From Dehalococcoidia bacterium (GTDB taxonomy: Bacteria > Chloroflexota > Dehalococcoidia > Bin125), in NCBI GenBank assembly GCA_963663235.2, contig CAXXNO010000009.1:1-64000 (forward strand): a DNA stretch of 64,000 nt, read 5' to 3'. Under the pieces are notes generated by a model. The model had not been told where the DNA came from. It was given only the letters and a program-made list of their open reading frames with translations, and did not search any database. Of the stretch, positions 1-8,731 are shown piece after piece. A program made the position numbers and the translations under genes. How positions within the stretch are numbered: the stretch's first letter is position 1; each line of letters starts with the position of its first letter.

Positions 1-47
1 GCAGGAGCAGGTTGGCATCGAGGCCGTTGAAGGCGGAGAGGGAGTCG
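1..47 (-). repeat. Duplicated fragment of the 3' region of the MBL-fold hydrolase gene (direct repeat of 1053..1099)
   Basis: 45/47 nt identical to 1053..1099; the copy runs off the window edge. Confidence 0.85.
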
Positions 48-67
48 TCGGAAGGGCGCGGTTCGTT

Positions 68-946
68 CTACCGAGCCAGCGCCGTGTACCAGGAGCGGAT
101 GGCCCGGCCGATCTCGTCGGGGGAGTCCTCCTGGATGAAGTGGGATCCGGGCACCGTAGCCTCGCGCTGGTTGGGCCAGGCGCGGCAGAAGTCGCGCAGG
201 GCGCCGGTGAGAATGGCGCCGGGGTCGGCGTTGAGGAACAGTTTGGGGACATCGGCGGCGCTGAGCCATTGTGCGTACGCGTCGACGATGGCCACGACGT
301 CGGCGGGCTCGCCGTCGATCGGGATCTCGCGTGGCCAAGTGAGGGTGGGGCGTCGCGACTCGCCCGGCTCGCGGAAGGGCCGCCGGTAGATATCCATCTC
401 GGCGTCGGAGAGAGGCCGCAGCACGCTGCTCGGCAGGATCCGCTCCACGAAGACGTTCTTGACCAGCACCATCTCCTCGCCGGCCTCGGATCGCATCCCC
501 TGAAATATTTTGCGCGCAGCCTCCGGCCATTCCGCCCAGGTCACGGGGCGAACGATGGCCTCCATGTAGACGATCCCCTTCACCCGGCCGGGATGACGAT
601 GCGCCCAATGGAAGGCGAGGGCCGAGCCCCAGTCGTGGCCGACCAGGGTCACGCGGTCGCCGAGGTCGAGCCGGTCCAGCCAGGCGTCGAGGTAGCGGAC
701 GTGGTCGACCAAGCGGTAGGAGCCGTCGGGCGCCGCAGCGGAGTCGCCCATGCCCACGAGGTCAGGGGCGAGGCAGCGGGCGACGTCCTGCAGGTGCGGG
801 ATGACGTTGCGCCAGAGATAGGAGGAGGTGGGGTTGCCGTGCAGGAAAACGATGGGGTCGCCCTGTCCGGCATCGACGTAGGCGATCTCGGTGTCGAGCA
901 CGGTGACGCGTCGACGCTGGAACGGATCGTCCGCGCGGATAGTCAT
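68..946 (-). CDS. dhaA: Haloalkane dehalogenase (alpha/beta hydrolase)
   Basis: Motifs FLHGNPTSSYLWRN, GHDWGSAL, LTWPREIP, HFIQEDSP; GGAGG RBS upstream. Confidence 0.93.
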   Translation of the reverse strand: MTIRADDPFQRRRVTVLDTEIAYVDAGQGDPIVFLHGNPTSSYLWRNVIPHLQDVARCLAPDLVGMGDSAAAPDGSYRLVDHVRYLDAWLDRLDLGDRVTLVGHDWGSALAFHWAHRHPGRVKGIVYMEAIVRPVTWAEWPEAARKIFQGMRSEAGEEMVLVKNVFVERILPSSVLRPLSDAEMDIYRRPFREPGESRRPTLTWPREIPIDGEPADVVAIVDAYAQWLSAADVPKLFLNADPGAILTGALRDFCRAWPNQREATVPGSHFIQEDSPDEIGRAIRSWYTALAR

Positions 947-978
947 CGGTCGTTCCTCCGTCCGAAGCGATGCGGGAG

Positions 979-1767
979 CTAGCGGGCGGCGCGCTCGCGG
1001 GCGGCGGCGAGGGCGGCGGGGACGCCCTGGGTCCAGGGCGGGCCGTGGGAGGGCAAGAGCAGGTCGGCATCGAGGCCGTTGAAGGCGGAGAGGGAGTCGA
1101 GCGCCTGGGCGGTGTCGCAGAGAAAGCGCCTAGGCCCGATCTGCGGCCCCTCCGCGCCGGTGTGCATGTTGCGGGTCACGAGGGCGTCGCCGCTGAAGAG
1201 GATGCCGCGGTCGGGGAGGGAGAGGATGCAGGAGCCAGGCGTCGCGCCGGGGGCGTGGCGGACGGTGAGCCGTCCGGGGACGTCGAGCGTCGAGCCGGCG
1301 TCGTAGGTGGCGACCTCGTCGACCCGGGGCACGCTGAAGGGGTCGAGGTTCATGAAAAGGAAGGGTATCAAGCCGCCCAGGATCCAGCCGCGCGGCAGCA
1401 TGAGGTGGAGCGTGTAGGCGTAGAGTGACCGCGCCGGGCGCGCCTTGTTCGACTCGGGCTTGTAGGGCTCACTCCGGGTGGCGAGGGCTTCATCGGCGGT
1501 GTGCACGAAGACGGGCACGCCGTGCTTCGTGCGGAGGAACTCGGCGCAGCCGGTGGTGTCGAAGGCGGCGTGGGTCAGCACGACCGCCGCGACATCCGCG
1601 GGCGAGCGGCCGATCTGCTCCAGGCCCCGCAAGAGGCGCTTGCGATCGTGGCGGATGCCGGCGTCGACGAGGGTGATCTTGCCGCCGTCCTCGATGGCGT
1701 AGAAGTTGATGTGTTTGTGGCCGAAGTTCCAGACCCCGTCGGCTACCTGCTGCGCCTGCCAAGCCAT
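979..1767 (-). CDS. MBL-fold metallo-hydrolase, with a degenerate metal motif
   Basis: LVDAG, LTHAAFDTTG (HxHxDH-like), PGATPG, FSGDAL, LPSHG; start moved to ATG 1767 behind AGGAGG, since the longer ORF runs through repeats. Confidence 0.8.
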   Translation of the reverse strand: MAWQAQQVADGVWNFGHKHINFYAIEDGGKITLVDAGIRHDRKRLLRGLEQIGRSPADVAAVVLTHAAFDTTGCAEFLRTKHGVPVFVHTADEALATRSEPYKPESNKARPARSLYAYTLHLMLPRGWILGGLIPFLFMNLDPFSVPRVDEVATYDAGSTLDVPGRLTVRHAPGATPGSCILSLPDRGILFSGDALVTRNMHTGAEGPQIGPRRFLCDTAQALDSLSAFNGLDADLLLPSHGPPWTQGVPAALAAARERAAR

Positions 1768-1825
1768 GGCGTCCTCCTGTCGGGCGAGGATGGCAGTCGG
1801 GCGGCGGAGGATCAACGCGGGGGAA

Positions 1826-2420
1826 AACCTCACCCTTCCGCTGCGCGAAGGGCGCAAGCGCCCCCTGGCCCTCCTTCGACTCGCCTGCGGCTCGCTCAGG
1901 ACAGCCCTCTCCATCGGCAAGCGATGGAGAGGGGGAGAAGAGAAGGAAGGATCACAGGGCTGCCCCGTTCTCCTTCGACTTCGCTCAGGACGAACGGGGC
2001 GGGAGAGGGGGAAGGAGAAAGAGTGGAGAGGATGGTTCGTTCGCTCTCGGACAGCCCTTCGACAGGAGCAGGACGAACGCGGCGTGGGTGTGGGAGACCT
2101 CACCCTTCCGCTGCGCGAAGGGCGCAAGCGCCCCCTGGCCTTTTCTCCAATAGGGAGCGAGGGATGGGGAACCTCACCCTTCCGCTGTGCGAAGGGCGCA
2201 AGCGCCCCTGGCCTTTTCTCCAATGGAGAGCGAGGGGTGGGGAACCTCACCCCCTTCCCCCTCTCCATCGGCAAGCGATGGAGAGGGGGAAAAGAGAAGG
2301 AAGGATCCAGGGCTGCCCCGTTCTCCTTCGACTCCGCTCAGGACGAACGGGGCAGGAGAGGGGGAAGGAGAAAGAGTGGAGAGGATGGTTCGTTCGCTCT
2401 CGGACAGCCCTTCGACAGGG
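1826..2420. repeat. Cluster of nested REP-like palindromic modules containing a ~160 bp direct repeat
   Basis: Module acctcacccttccgctg(c/t)gcgaagggcgcaagcgcccc at ~1827, ~2097, ~2171; hairpin ccctctccatcggcaagcgatggagaggg at ~1906 and ~2259; ccttcgac..gctcaggac modules; ~1906-2066 repeated at ~2259-2419. Confidence 0.9.
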
Positions 2421-2456
2421 CTGAGGGAAGGCGGAGGGCCAACGGGTCGCCAGCCG

Positions 2457-4721
2457 TCAGAGCTTTTCCAGGGGGGCGAGGGAAACGAGGAGCTTCCTGA
2501 CGCCGGCGTCGTCGAAGTCGACGGTGACTTCGTGGTCGCCGTGGGAATCGGAGCAGGCGACGATCACGCCCGTGCCAAAGCCGCGATGCCGCACGCGGTC
2601 GCCCACGGCGAGGTTGAGCACCGGCTGTTCGACATCGACGCCGTCGTAGTCGTTCCAGCGCAGCGGGCGACCGGCGGGGGGCGGCGGCCGATCGGAGCGG
2701 CCAGCGGCGCTGGTGGGGGAGCCGGTGGGGGCGCCGGTAGGGGCGCGTCCGCGTCGCTCGATGGCGTCGTCGGGGATGTCGGCGAGGAAGCGGGAAGCGG
2801 GGTTGTGGCCGGCCATACCGGCGAATGCGCGGCGGAAAGCGTAGACAAGATAGAGACAGCGTTGCGCGCGGGTGATGCCCACGTAGCAGAGGCGTCGCTC
2901 CTCCTCAAGGGAATCGGGGTCGTCGAAGGAGCGCTGGTGCGGGAGCACCCCCTCCTCCAGGCCGATGAGGAAGACGACGGGGAACTCGAGGCCCTTGGCG
3001 GCGTGGAGCGTGATCAGCGTGGTGGCGTCGGGCGGGCCGTCGGCGAGGGCGTCGACGTCGGAGACGAGGGCGACGTTCTCAAGGAAGGTGGCGAGGGCGA
3101 GGCCGGGCTCGAGCTGGTCGTAGTTGGCGGCGACAGTGCCGAGCTCCTGCACGTTCTCCCAGCGCTCCTCGGCGTCGTCGAACTCGCGGAAGAGGTACTC
3201 CTGATACCCGGTCTCGCGGAGGAGGGAAGCCAACACCTCGTTGACCGTAGCGCGGCCGGCGAGATCGCGGGCCTCGTCGATCAGCGCGGCGAAGGCGCGC
3301 AGCGGTTCGACCGCGCGGGCGGGGACGCGGGGACCGTCGGCTGCGCCGAGGGCCGCCACGGCATCGAGGGGGGGCGCACCCCGCTCGCCGGCCCATTCCA
3401 GCAGCACCGCCAGCGTGCGCTTGCCCGCGCCGCGCCCGGGGACGTTGATCACGCGCTCGAAGGAGACGACATCGGCGGGGTTGTGGACCAAGCGGAGATA
3501 GGCGAGGAGATCCTTGATCTCGCGTCGCTCGTAGAAGCGGGTGGCGCCGACGAGCCGGTACGGGAGACCGGCGCGCAAGAACGTCTCCTCCACCACCCGC
3601 GACTGCGCGTTGGTGCGGTACATCACCGCAGCGTCGCCGGGCTTCCATTCGCCCACGGCCACGTGGCGGGTGATCTCCTGGACGACGAACTCCGCTTCCT
3701 CGGCCTCCGTGTAGGCCTCGTACGCGACGGGAAGCGGCCCGGCCTCGTTCTCGGTCCAGAGCGACTTGTGCAGCCGTTCGGTCGCCTTTTGGATGACGGC
3801 GTCGGCCGCACGCAGGATCGACTGCGTGGAGCGATAGTTCTGTTCCAGCCGGACGACGGTCGCGTCCGGGTAATCGCGCTGGAAGAAGAGAATGTTGCGG
3901 ATGTCGGCGGCGCGCCAAGAGTAGATCGACTGGTCGGGGTCGCCGACGACCGTGAGGTTGCCGGATCCCCCGGCCCACAAGCGCGCCAACTGATACTGCA
4001 CCAGGTTCGTGTCCTGGAACTCGTCGACGAGGACGTGGCGGAATCGCGACTGATAGCGCTCGCGCACGGCGGGGGCGGCGTCGAAGAGATGCAGCGTCCG
4101 GAGCAGCAGGTCGTCGAAATCGAGGGCGTTGCTGGCCGTGAGCATCGCCTGGTAGCGCTCGTAGACGCGCGCGGTGATCTCTTCGAAGTAGCCGCCGACG
4201 CGCTCCTGGTACTGCTCCACCGAGGTGTTCTCGCTCTTGGCACGCGAGACGTTGTGCAACAGCGCGCGGGGGGACGTCTGCTTGGGATCGAGTCCGAGAT
4301 CGGCGACGGCCTGTTTCACCAGCGCGAGTTGGTCGGCGGCGTCGAAGATGGTGAAGCCGCGGGGGATGTCGATGGCGCGGCCGTCGGATCGGAGGATGCG
4401 GACACAGATCGCGTGGAAGGTGCCGAGCGTGATCCCCTCCGCCTCGCGGCCCAAGAGATTGTCGACGCGCCCCTGCATCTCCCGCGCGGCCTTGTTCGTG
4501 AAAGTCACGGCCATGAGCTGCCAGGGGGCCACCCCGCCCGCGGCGGTCAGATAGGCGATGCGATGCGCGATCACGCGGGTCTTGCCGCTGCCGGGGCCCG
4601 CCAAGATCAGTAGCGGTCCCTCGCCGTGGGTGACGGCGCGGGCCTGCGCGGCGCTGAGATCGCGGAGATGGGGTTCCTGGGGGAGAGGAGAGGTGGGGTC
4701 GGCGGCGGGACGCGCAGTCAT
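2457..4721 (-). CDS. pcrA: ATP-dependent DNA helicase PcrA/UvrD
   Basis: AGPGSGKT, TFTNKAA, VDEFQDTN, VGDPDQSIY, LEQNYRST, TLHAAKGLEF, EERRLCYVGITRA, C-terminal GDRVRHRGFGTG domain. Confidence 0.95.
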   Translation of the reverse strand: MTARPAADPTSPLPQEPHLRDLSAAQARAVTHGEGPLLILAGPGSGKTRVIAHRIAYLTAAGGVAPWQLMAVTFTNKAAREMQGRVDNLLGREAEGITLGTFHAICVRILRSDGRAIDIPRGFTIFDAADQLALVKQAVADLGLDPKQTSPRALLHNVSRAKSENTSVEQYQERVGGYFEEITARVYERYQAMLTASNALDFDDLLLRTLHLFDAAPAVRERYQSRFRHVLVDEFQDTNLVQYQLARLWAGGSGNLTVVGDPDQSIYSWRAADIRNILFFQRDYPDATVVRLEQNYRSTQSILRAADAVIQKATERLHKSLWTENEAGPLPVAYEAYTEAEEAEFVVQEITRHVAVGEWKPGDAAVMYRTNAQSRVVEETFLRAGLPYRLVGATRFYERREIKDLLAYLRLVHNPADVVSFERVINVPGRGAGKRTLAVLLEWAGERGAPPLDAVAALGAADGPRVPARAVEPLRAFAALIDEARDLAGRATVNEVLASLLRETGYQEYLFREFDDAEERWENVQELGTVAANYDQLEPGLALATFLENVALVSDVDALADGPPDATTLITLHAAKGLEFPVVFLIGLEEGVLPHQRSFDDPDSLEEERRLCYVGITRAQRCLYLVYAFRRAFAGMAGHNPASRFLADIPDDAIERRGRAPTGAPTGSPTSAAGRSDRPPPPAGRPLRWNDYDGVDVEQPVLNLAVGDRVRHRGFGTGVIVACSDSHGDHEVTVDFDDAGVRKLLVSLAPLEKL

Positions 4722-4801
4722 CGTCGGCAGGGTAGCACGGGCGTTCGCCTCGACCGTCTGGGGGAAGGTGCACAACTCCCCTCCTACGGATCAGACGCCG
4801 G

Positions 4802-5032
4802 CTAAGAGTTGAGACGAAGGGCTTGTCGGTGAGCGGCGAGGAAGCGGCGCAGCGCGATCAGGGACCAGATCGCCTCGATGACCGTGATCGGGTACACCTC
4901 GGCCAGGCCGCTGTAGACGGCCGTCGCAATCGACGCGCCCGCGAAGATCAAGATGAACCAGCGCGATCGATGCTCGAACAGATACGCCATGACCATGATG
5001 GAGACGGCGATCGATCCGAAAATCGTCAACAT
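4802..5032 (-). CDS. Small membrane protein (about 3 TM helices)
   Basis: Hydrophobic 76-aa ORF with YPITVIEAIWSLIALRRF; TTG start. Confidence 0.6.
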   Translation of the reverse strand: MLTIFGSIAVSIMVMAYLFEHRSRWFILIFAGASIATAVYSGLAEVYPITVIEAIWSLIALRRFLAAHRQALRLNS

Positions 5033-5054
5033 CGATCTAGGGTATAGGGCCGCC

Positions 5055-5252
5055 TCGTTCTCCTTCGACCCTTCGACAAGCTCAGGACAGGCAAGCTCAG
5101 GACGAACGGGGCGGGAGGGGGAACCTCACCCTTCCGCTGTGCGAAGGGCGCAAGCGCCCCCTGGCCCTCCTTCGACAAGCTCAGGACAGGCCCTCTCCAT
5201 CGGCAAGCGATGGAGAGGGAGAGGATGAGATAAGGAGAGAAAGGAACGGGGC
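5055..5252. repeat. REP-like module cluster, same family as 1826..2420
   Basis: ccttcgacaagctcaggac twice, acctcacccttccgctgtgcgaagggcgcaagcgcccc, and ccctctccatcggcaagcgatggagaggg. Confidence 0.9.
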
Positions 5253-5311
5253 GGGAGGAGGTCAAATCGATCAGCGGATCGATCAGGCAAGTCGATGGCA
5301 GCGGCCGACGT

Positions 5312-5320
5312 TGCTATACT
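5312..5320 (+). promoter_or_regulatory. Extended -10 element (TGcTATACT)
   Basis: Matches TGnTATAAT with one mismatch, ~50 bp upstream of the 5372 CDS. Confidence 0.45.
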
Positions 5321-5371
5321 TAATGGCGACACGGTGCCCATCGGTGGCGGGGGCGACCGAGCGAGGTCAAG

Positions 5372-6220
5372 ATGTTACTCCTAGCCGTCGGATGGCCCGG
5401 AGGCAGTCCCGAGAACACCGGCATCATCATTGGTGTAGTGTTTGGCGCGTACTTCGGCGCCCTCTGGCTGGCCGCCATCCTGTGGACGATCCGCGACATC
5501 CGCGAGCGCTCCCACGATCCCATTACCCAGATCATCGCCCTCGTGATGGTGGTCGGATTCAGCCTGGCCGGCTGGGCCCTGTACATGGTGCTGCGGCCGC
5601 GGTTCACGCTGGCGGAAGTGTACGAGCGCCAGCTGGAAGAAGAGGCCCTGCTCCAGGACCTGTCGCATCAGCTGGCGTGCCCGCAGTGCGGGGCCGAGGC
5701 GCACGACGACTACGTCGCCTGCCCACAGTGCGCCACCCGCCTTAAGGAGCCCTGCCACAGCTGCCAGCGGGCGCTCGCGCTGACCTGGCGCCTCTGCCCG
5801 TGGTGCGGCACGACGCGAGAGCCGCCCGCCGCAGAGCCGGTCGTCGCCGTGGCGGAGCCGGTCGCGGCCGTAGCCGCGGCGTTCGCCCCAAGAGAGGCGT
5901 TCGCTCCGAACGAAGAGTCCGCTGCGAACGAAGAGTTCGCTCCGCCGGAGGAAGTCGCTCCCGAGGAAGTGGCCGACAGCCCGCCGCCCACCCCTGCAGC
6001 CGCACCCGCCGGCGGATTCCTGCGACGCATTCCATCGCGGCGCGGGGCCGAGCAGGCGCCGACGGCGGACAAGGAAGCGGCTCACCTGGAACGACGCATG
6101 GCCCATCTCGAACGGCTCGCGGCCGAGCGAGGGGCGAGGGAAGACGAAGGCGAGGAACGGGCCTCGGAGCAGCCGGAGCCGATCGGGGATCACTGGCCGC
6201 GCGCGAGCAACGCCCCTTAG
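5372..6220 (+). CDS. Membrane-anchored double zinc-ribbon protein
   Basis: N-terminal TM helices, LRPRFTL..YERQLEEEALL, four CxxC pairs, low-complexity acidic tail. Confidence 0.85.
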   Translation: MLLLAVGWPGGSPENTGIIIGVVFGAYFGALWLAAILWTIRDIRERSHDPITQIIALVMVVGFSLAGWALYMVLRPRFTLAEVYERQLEEEALLQDLSHQLACPQCGAEAHDDYVACPQCATRLKEPCHSCQRALALTWRLCPWCGTTREPPAAEPVVAVAEPVAAVAAAFAPREAFAPNEESAANEEFAPPEEVAPEEVADSPPPTPAAAPAGGFLRRIPSRRGAEQAPTADKEAAHLERRMAHLERLAAERGAREDEGEERASEQPEPIGDHWPRASNAP

Positions 6221-7051
6221 CTAACCGCCCACCCGCTCCGTGACAGCGAGCAGGCGCTCAAGCGTCGAAAGGTCAAGGTGTCCGCGGGCCAACTCGACGG
6301 CGCGCTCCGCCTTGCGCCGTCCGACGAAGGCGCTGCGCCCGTACAGCGGCCCCAGGCGCTCAACGGCGTCCGGCGTCGAAAGCGGGGTGCTGATGAGCGG
6401 GATCTCTTCCGACTGCGTACGCTCCAGCACATAGGAGAGCGGCGCCTGGCCGCCGGTCAGGATCAAACAGGCGGTCTCGGTGTCGAGCGCGGCCAGGGCC
6501 AGATCGGGCCGGTCGACGCGGGTGATCACGGCCTTGCTCCCGAGCCGCGCGAAGTGCACCGAGCCGGGGTGGGCCGTAATGGGCCCGATCTCGATCCACT
6601 CGAGGGCCTCGTCCCGCAACTCATCGGGGGCATGGAGCGTGCCGGAGAGCGCTTGCGCCATCTCGCGCACCGAGGGCGCCGCCAGCAGCCGGTCCTGCGG
6701 CATAGCGCCGAGAAAGAGAAGTTCGGCATCGAGGTGGGAGCCGAGATCATCGACCCGGGAGCGGGCGGCCTCGAGCCGGTCCGCGGGGACCGCCGTGAAC
6801 ACGATGCCGGCAGCGCTCGTCTCCCCCGCGGTGCGAACGATCGTCGCGTCATCGGCCTGGCCGTAGCGAGAGACGAGGAGCACCAGGCGTCGCGGGTCGG
6901 CGGCGGCGGCCGTCGCCACCGCCGCGGGATCGGGCGCTTCCACGATCGTCAGGCCGGCCGCCGTCTCGCGCGCGAGCGCCCCAGCGACGCCGGCGGCGAC
7001 GGTCGATTTACCGTCGCGGCGTAGCGGAGAGGTCACGATCAGGCTGGGCAT
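6221..7051 (-). CDS. DRTGG-domain protein (Pta N-terminal-like, no acetyltransferase domain)
   Basis: DGKST P-loop remnant, VITRVDRPDL and CLILTGG. Confidence 0.8.
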   Translation of the reverse strand: MPSLIVTSPLRRDGKSTVAAGVAGALARETAAGLTIVEAPDPAAVATAAAADPRRLVLLVSRYGQADDATIVRTAGETSAAGIVFTAVPADRLEAARSRVDDLGSHLDAELLFLGAMPQDRLLAAPSVREMAQALSGTLHAPDELRDEALEWIEIGPITAHPGSVHFARLGSKAVITRVDRPDLALAALDTETACLILTGGQAPLSYVLERTQSEEIPLISTPLSTPDAVERLGPLYGRSAFVGRRKAERAVELARGHLDLSTLERLLAVTERVGG

Positions 7052-7251
7052 GCACACTCCCTGCGAGCGTCGGGCGAGTATAGCAGCGCGCCCCCAGGCC
7101 CCCGTGAGGCGGTCCGGGGACCGCGTCGGCCGCGGCGCGGCACGATGAACTCGACGGTCCCTTGCCCTTTACCTAGCATCGGTCCAGGGCCGGTCGCGGC
7201 GGTTTTTCCGGGCGTCGCCGCCTGTAGTACGCTGCGCATCGGCCGCGTCGG

Positions 7252-7327
7252 GCCGAGGTAGCTCAGTCGGTAGAGCACACGGCTGAAAACCGTGGGGTCG
7301 GCAGTTCGATTCTGCCCCTCGGCACCA
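7252..7327 (+). tRNA. tRNA-Phe(GAA)
   Basis: GCCGAGG acceptor stem, CACGG-CT-GAA-AA-CCGTG anticodon arm, GTTCGATTC T-loop, encoded CCA; 76 nt. Confidence 0.97.
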
Positions 7328-7388
7328 CGATCCCGTAGCTAATTCATCAGCTGCGCTTACCTGTGGGCAACTCCCGCCGGAGGAGATC

Positions 7389-7733
7389 ATGAGAAACATC
7401 CCCGCCCTGCCGCCGAGCCAAATTGCGCATGCTATCGATGACCTCGATAAGCGTCCTGAGCACCGCGGACGTAGAACGACCAAGTTCTGCGTAGAGAGGG
7501 ATGACCAGCACTACCCTCCGAAGGCGGTTATTTCGCGAGCGTGCGAATCCGCAGGAAAGCAGTTCGGTCAGGGCGGCGGGGGTTTCCACGGAGGCCCCGA
7601 AGCCAACGACTACCTCATAGCGCGCGGCTTTTGTGTGGCACTGTGCACCCGAGCAGCGGGAAAATGCTGCGGTGGAGAAGCGGGCCTCGCGAGGAAGCGC
7701 GTCGGACGCGCGCGACCGACGGCTGGGGCGTAG
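7389..7733 (+). CDS. Small protein resembling the N-terminal domain of McrA/McrB-like restriction proteins; possibly a remnant
   Basis: YPPKAVI..A....F.GG.EAN.YL..RGF pattern; GGAGGAG RBS; lower GC; directly after the tRNA. Confidence 0.55.
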   Translation: MRNIPALPPSQIAHAIDDLDKRPEHRGRRTTKFCVERDDQHYPPKAVISRACESAGKQFGQGGGGFHGGPEANDYLIARGFCVALCTRAAGKCCGGEAGLARKRVGRARPTAGA

Positions 7734-7779
7734 ACGCCGGGAGCGAGTATCATCCGCGCGCCGAGAGGGGGAGGATGCA

Positions 7780-8244
7780 ATGGGGCTCTTCAAGCCAAAC
7801 AGCCGGAGCGGGGCGGCGGCCGAGGAGCGGCTGCAGCACGATCAGATCGCCTGGCTGACGACCGTGACGCCGGAGGGGATGCCGCAGTCGTCGCCGGTGT
7901 GGTTCATCTGGGACGGGGAGTCGTTCCTGGTCTACAGCGAGCCGGACAAACCGAAGGTCCGCAACATCGAGGGCCACGCGCAGGTGTCGCTGCACTTGGA
8001 GGGCGACCGTCGGGGCGGGGACGTAGTGACGATGGAGGGGACGGCGCGGATCGATCGGGGCGCGCCGTCGGCGGAGGCCGTGCCGGCGTACGTGGAGAAG
8101 TATCGCGACGGGTTCGAGCGGCTGAGCATGTCGGCGGCGAAGTTCGCGGCGGCGTACTCTGTGCCGATCCGGATCAGGCCGTCGCGGCCGCGGGCGTGGC
8201 TGGTGTCGCGACCGACGGAGGCGGGGGGCGGCGAGGAGAGGTAA
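7780..8244 (+). CDS. PPOX-class F420-dependent oxidoreductase (TIGR03667-like)
   Basis: AWLTTVTPEGMPQSSPVWF, KVRNI, YVEKY, YSVPIRI; GGAGG RBS. Confidence 0.88.
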   Translation: MGLFKPNSRSGAAAEERLQHDQIAWLTTVTPEGMPQSSPVWFIWDGESFLVYSEPDKPKVRNIEGHAQVSLHLEGDRRGGDVVTMEGTARIDRGAPSAEAVPAYVEKYRDGFERLSMSAAKFAAAYSVPIRIRPSRPRAWLVSRPTEAGGGEER

Positions 8245-8294
8245 GTCGCCGGGTGAGGGATGCCGCCCACATCGATGGCGGCGGACGGATATGA

Positions 8295-8324
8295 ACGGGG
8301 CGGGGCTTGTGAGCCCCGCCCCGT
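8295..8324. terminator. Hairpin between convergent genes
   Basis: acggggcggggct-tgtg-agccccgccccgt, 13-bp perfect stem. Confidence 0.7.
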
Positions 8325-8358
8325 CGAAGTGCGGTGATCGCCGCGTTTCCGCTGGCTG

Positions 8359-8601
8359 CTAGCAGGCTGCGACGTTGTCGCCGTGGGCCAAGTGGGAGTC
8401 CAGAGCGTTGCCGTTGACGCTCATCGTCCTCTCAGCCTTGGTGCCTGGCTTGTGGCAGATCACGACTTCGCCTGCGGTGGAGGCGGCGTTGGGATCGTGG
8501 TCAGTCGGGTCCGGGTGGGCCGGTCCACCGGCGAAGGCCGCGCCGGCGGCGCTCATGGTGAGCAAGCCCGCCAGCGACACTGCTATCAACCTTTTCTTCA
8601 T
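8359..8601 (-). CDS. Small secreted protein with a Cys/His motif
   Basis: Signal peptide MKKRLIAV...AFA; VVICHKPG...SV..NAL..HL.HGD...C. Confidence 0.75.
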   Translation of the reverse strand: MKKRLIAVSLAGLLTMSAAGAAFAGGPAHPDPTDHDPNAASTAGEVVICHKPGTKAERTMSVNGNALDSHLAHGDNVAAC

Positions 8602-8660
8602 ACTTCCCTCGTCCTTTCAATACGGCCGTCCGGCCGTCTAGGTCGCGCTTGTGTCCGGCG

Positions 8661-8688
8661 AGGTTAGACCTGGGCGAAACGGTGTCAA
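8661..8688 (-). promoter_or_regulatory. Sigma70-type promoter for the small secreted protein
   Basis: TTGACA (8688-8683), 16 nt spacer, TAACCT (8666-8661). Confidence 0.55.
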
Positions 8689-8715
8689 GGTCGAGTCGAG
8701 TGGACTGCACACGGA

Positions 8716-8731
8716 TGTGAGAGGGTTCACA
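8716..8731. promoter_or_regulatory. CRP/FNR-family binding site
   Basis: Perfect TGTGA-N6-TCACA (TGTGAgagggtTCACA) in a divergent intergenic region. Confidence 0.65.

Noticed and set aside
1826-2420. CRISPR array, or N-terminal extension of ORF 979..2274
   Set aside because: It is a mosaic of palindromic modules without unique spacers; the translation is repeat-derived and a good RBS-ATG lies at 1767.
2187-4613. 808-aa plus-strand ORF
   Set aside because: Antisense shadow of pcrA, typical of high-GC codon bias.
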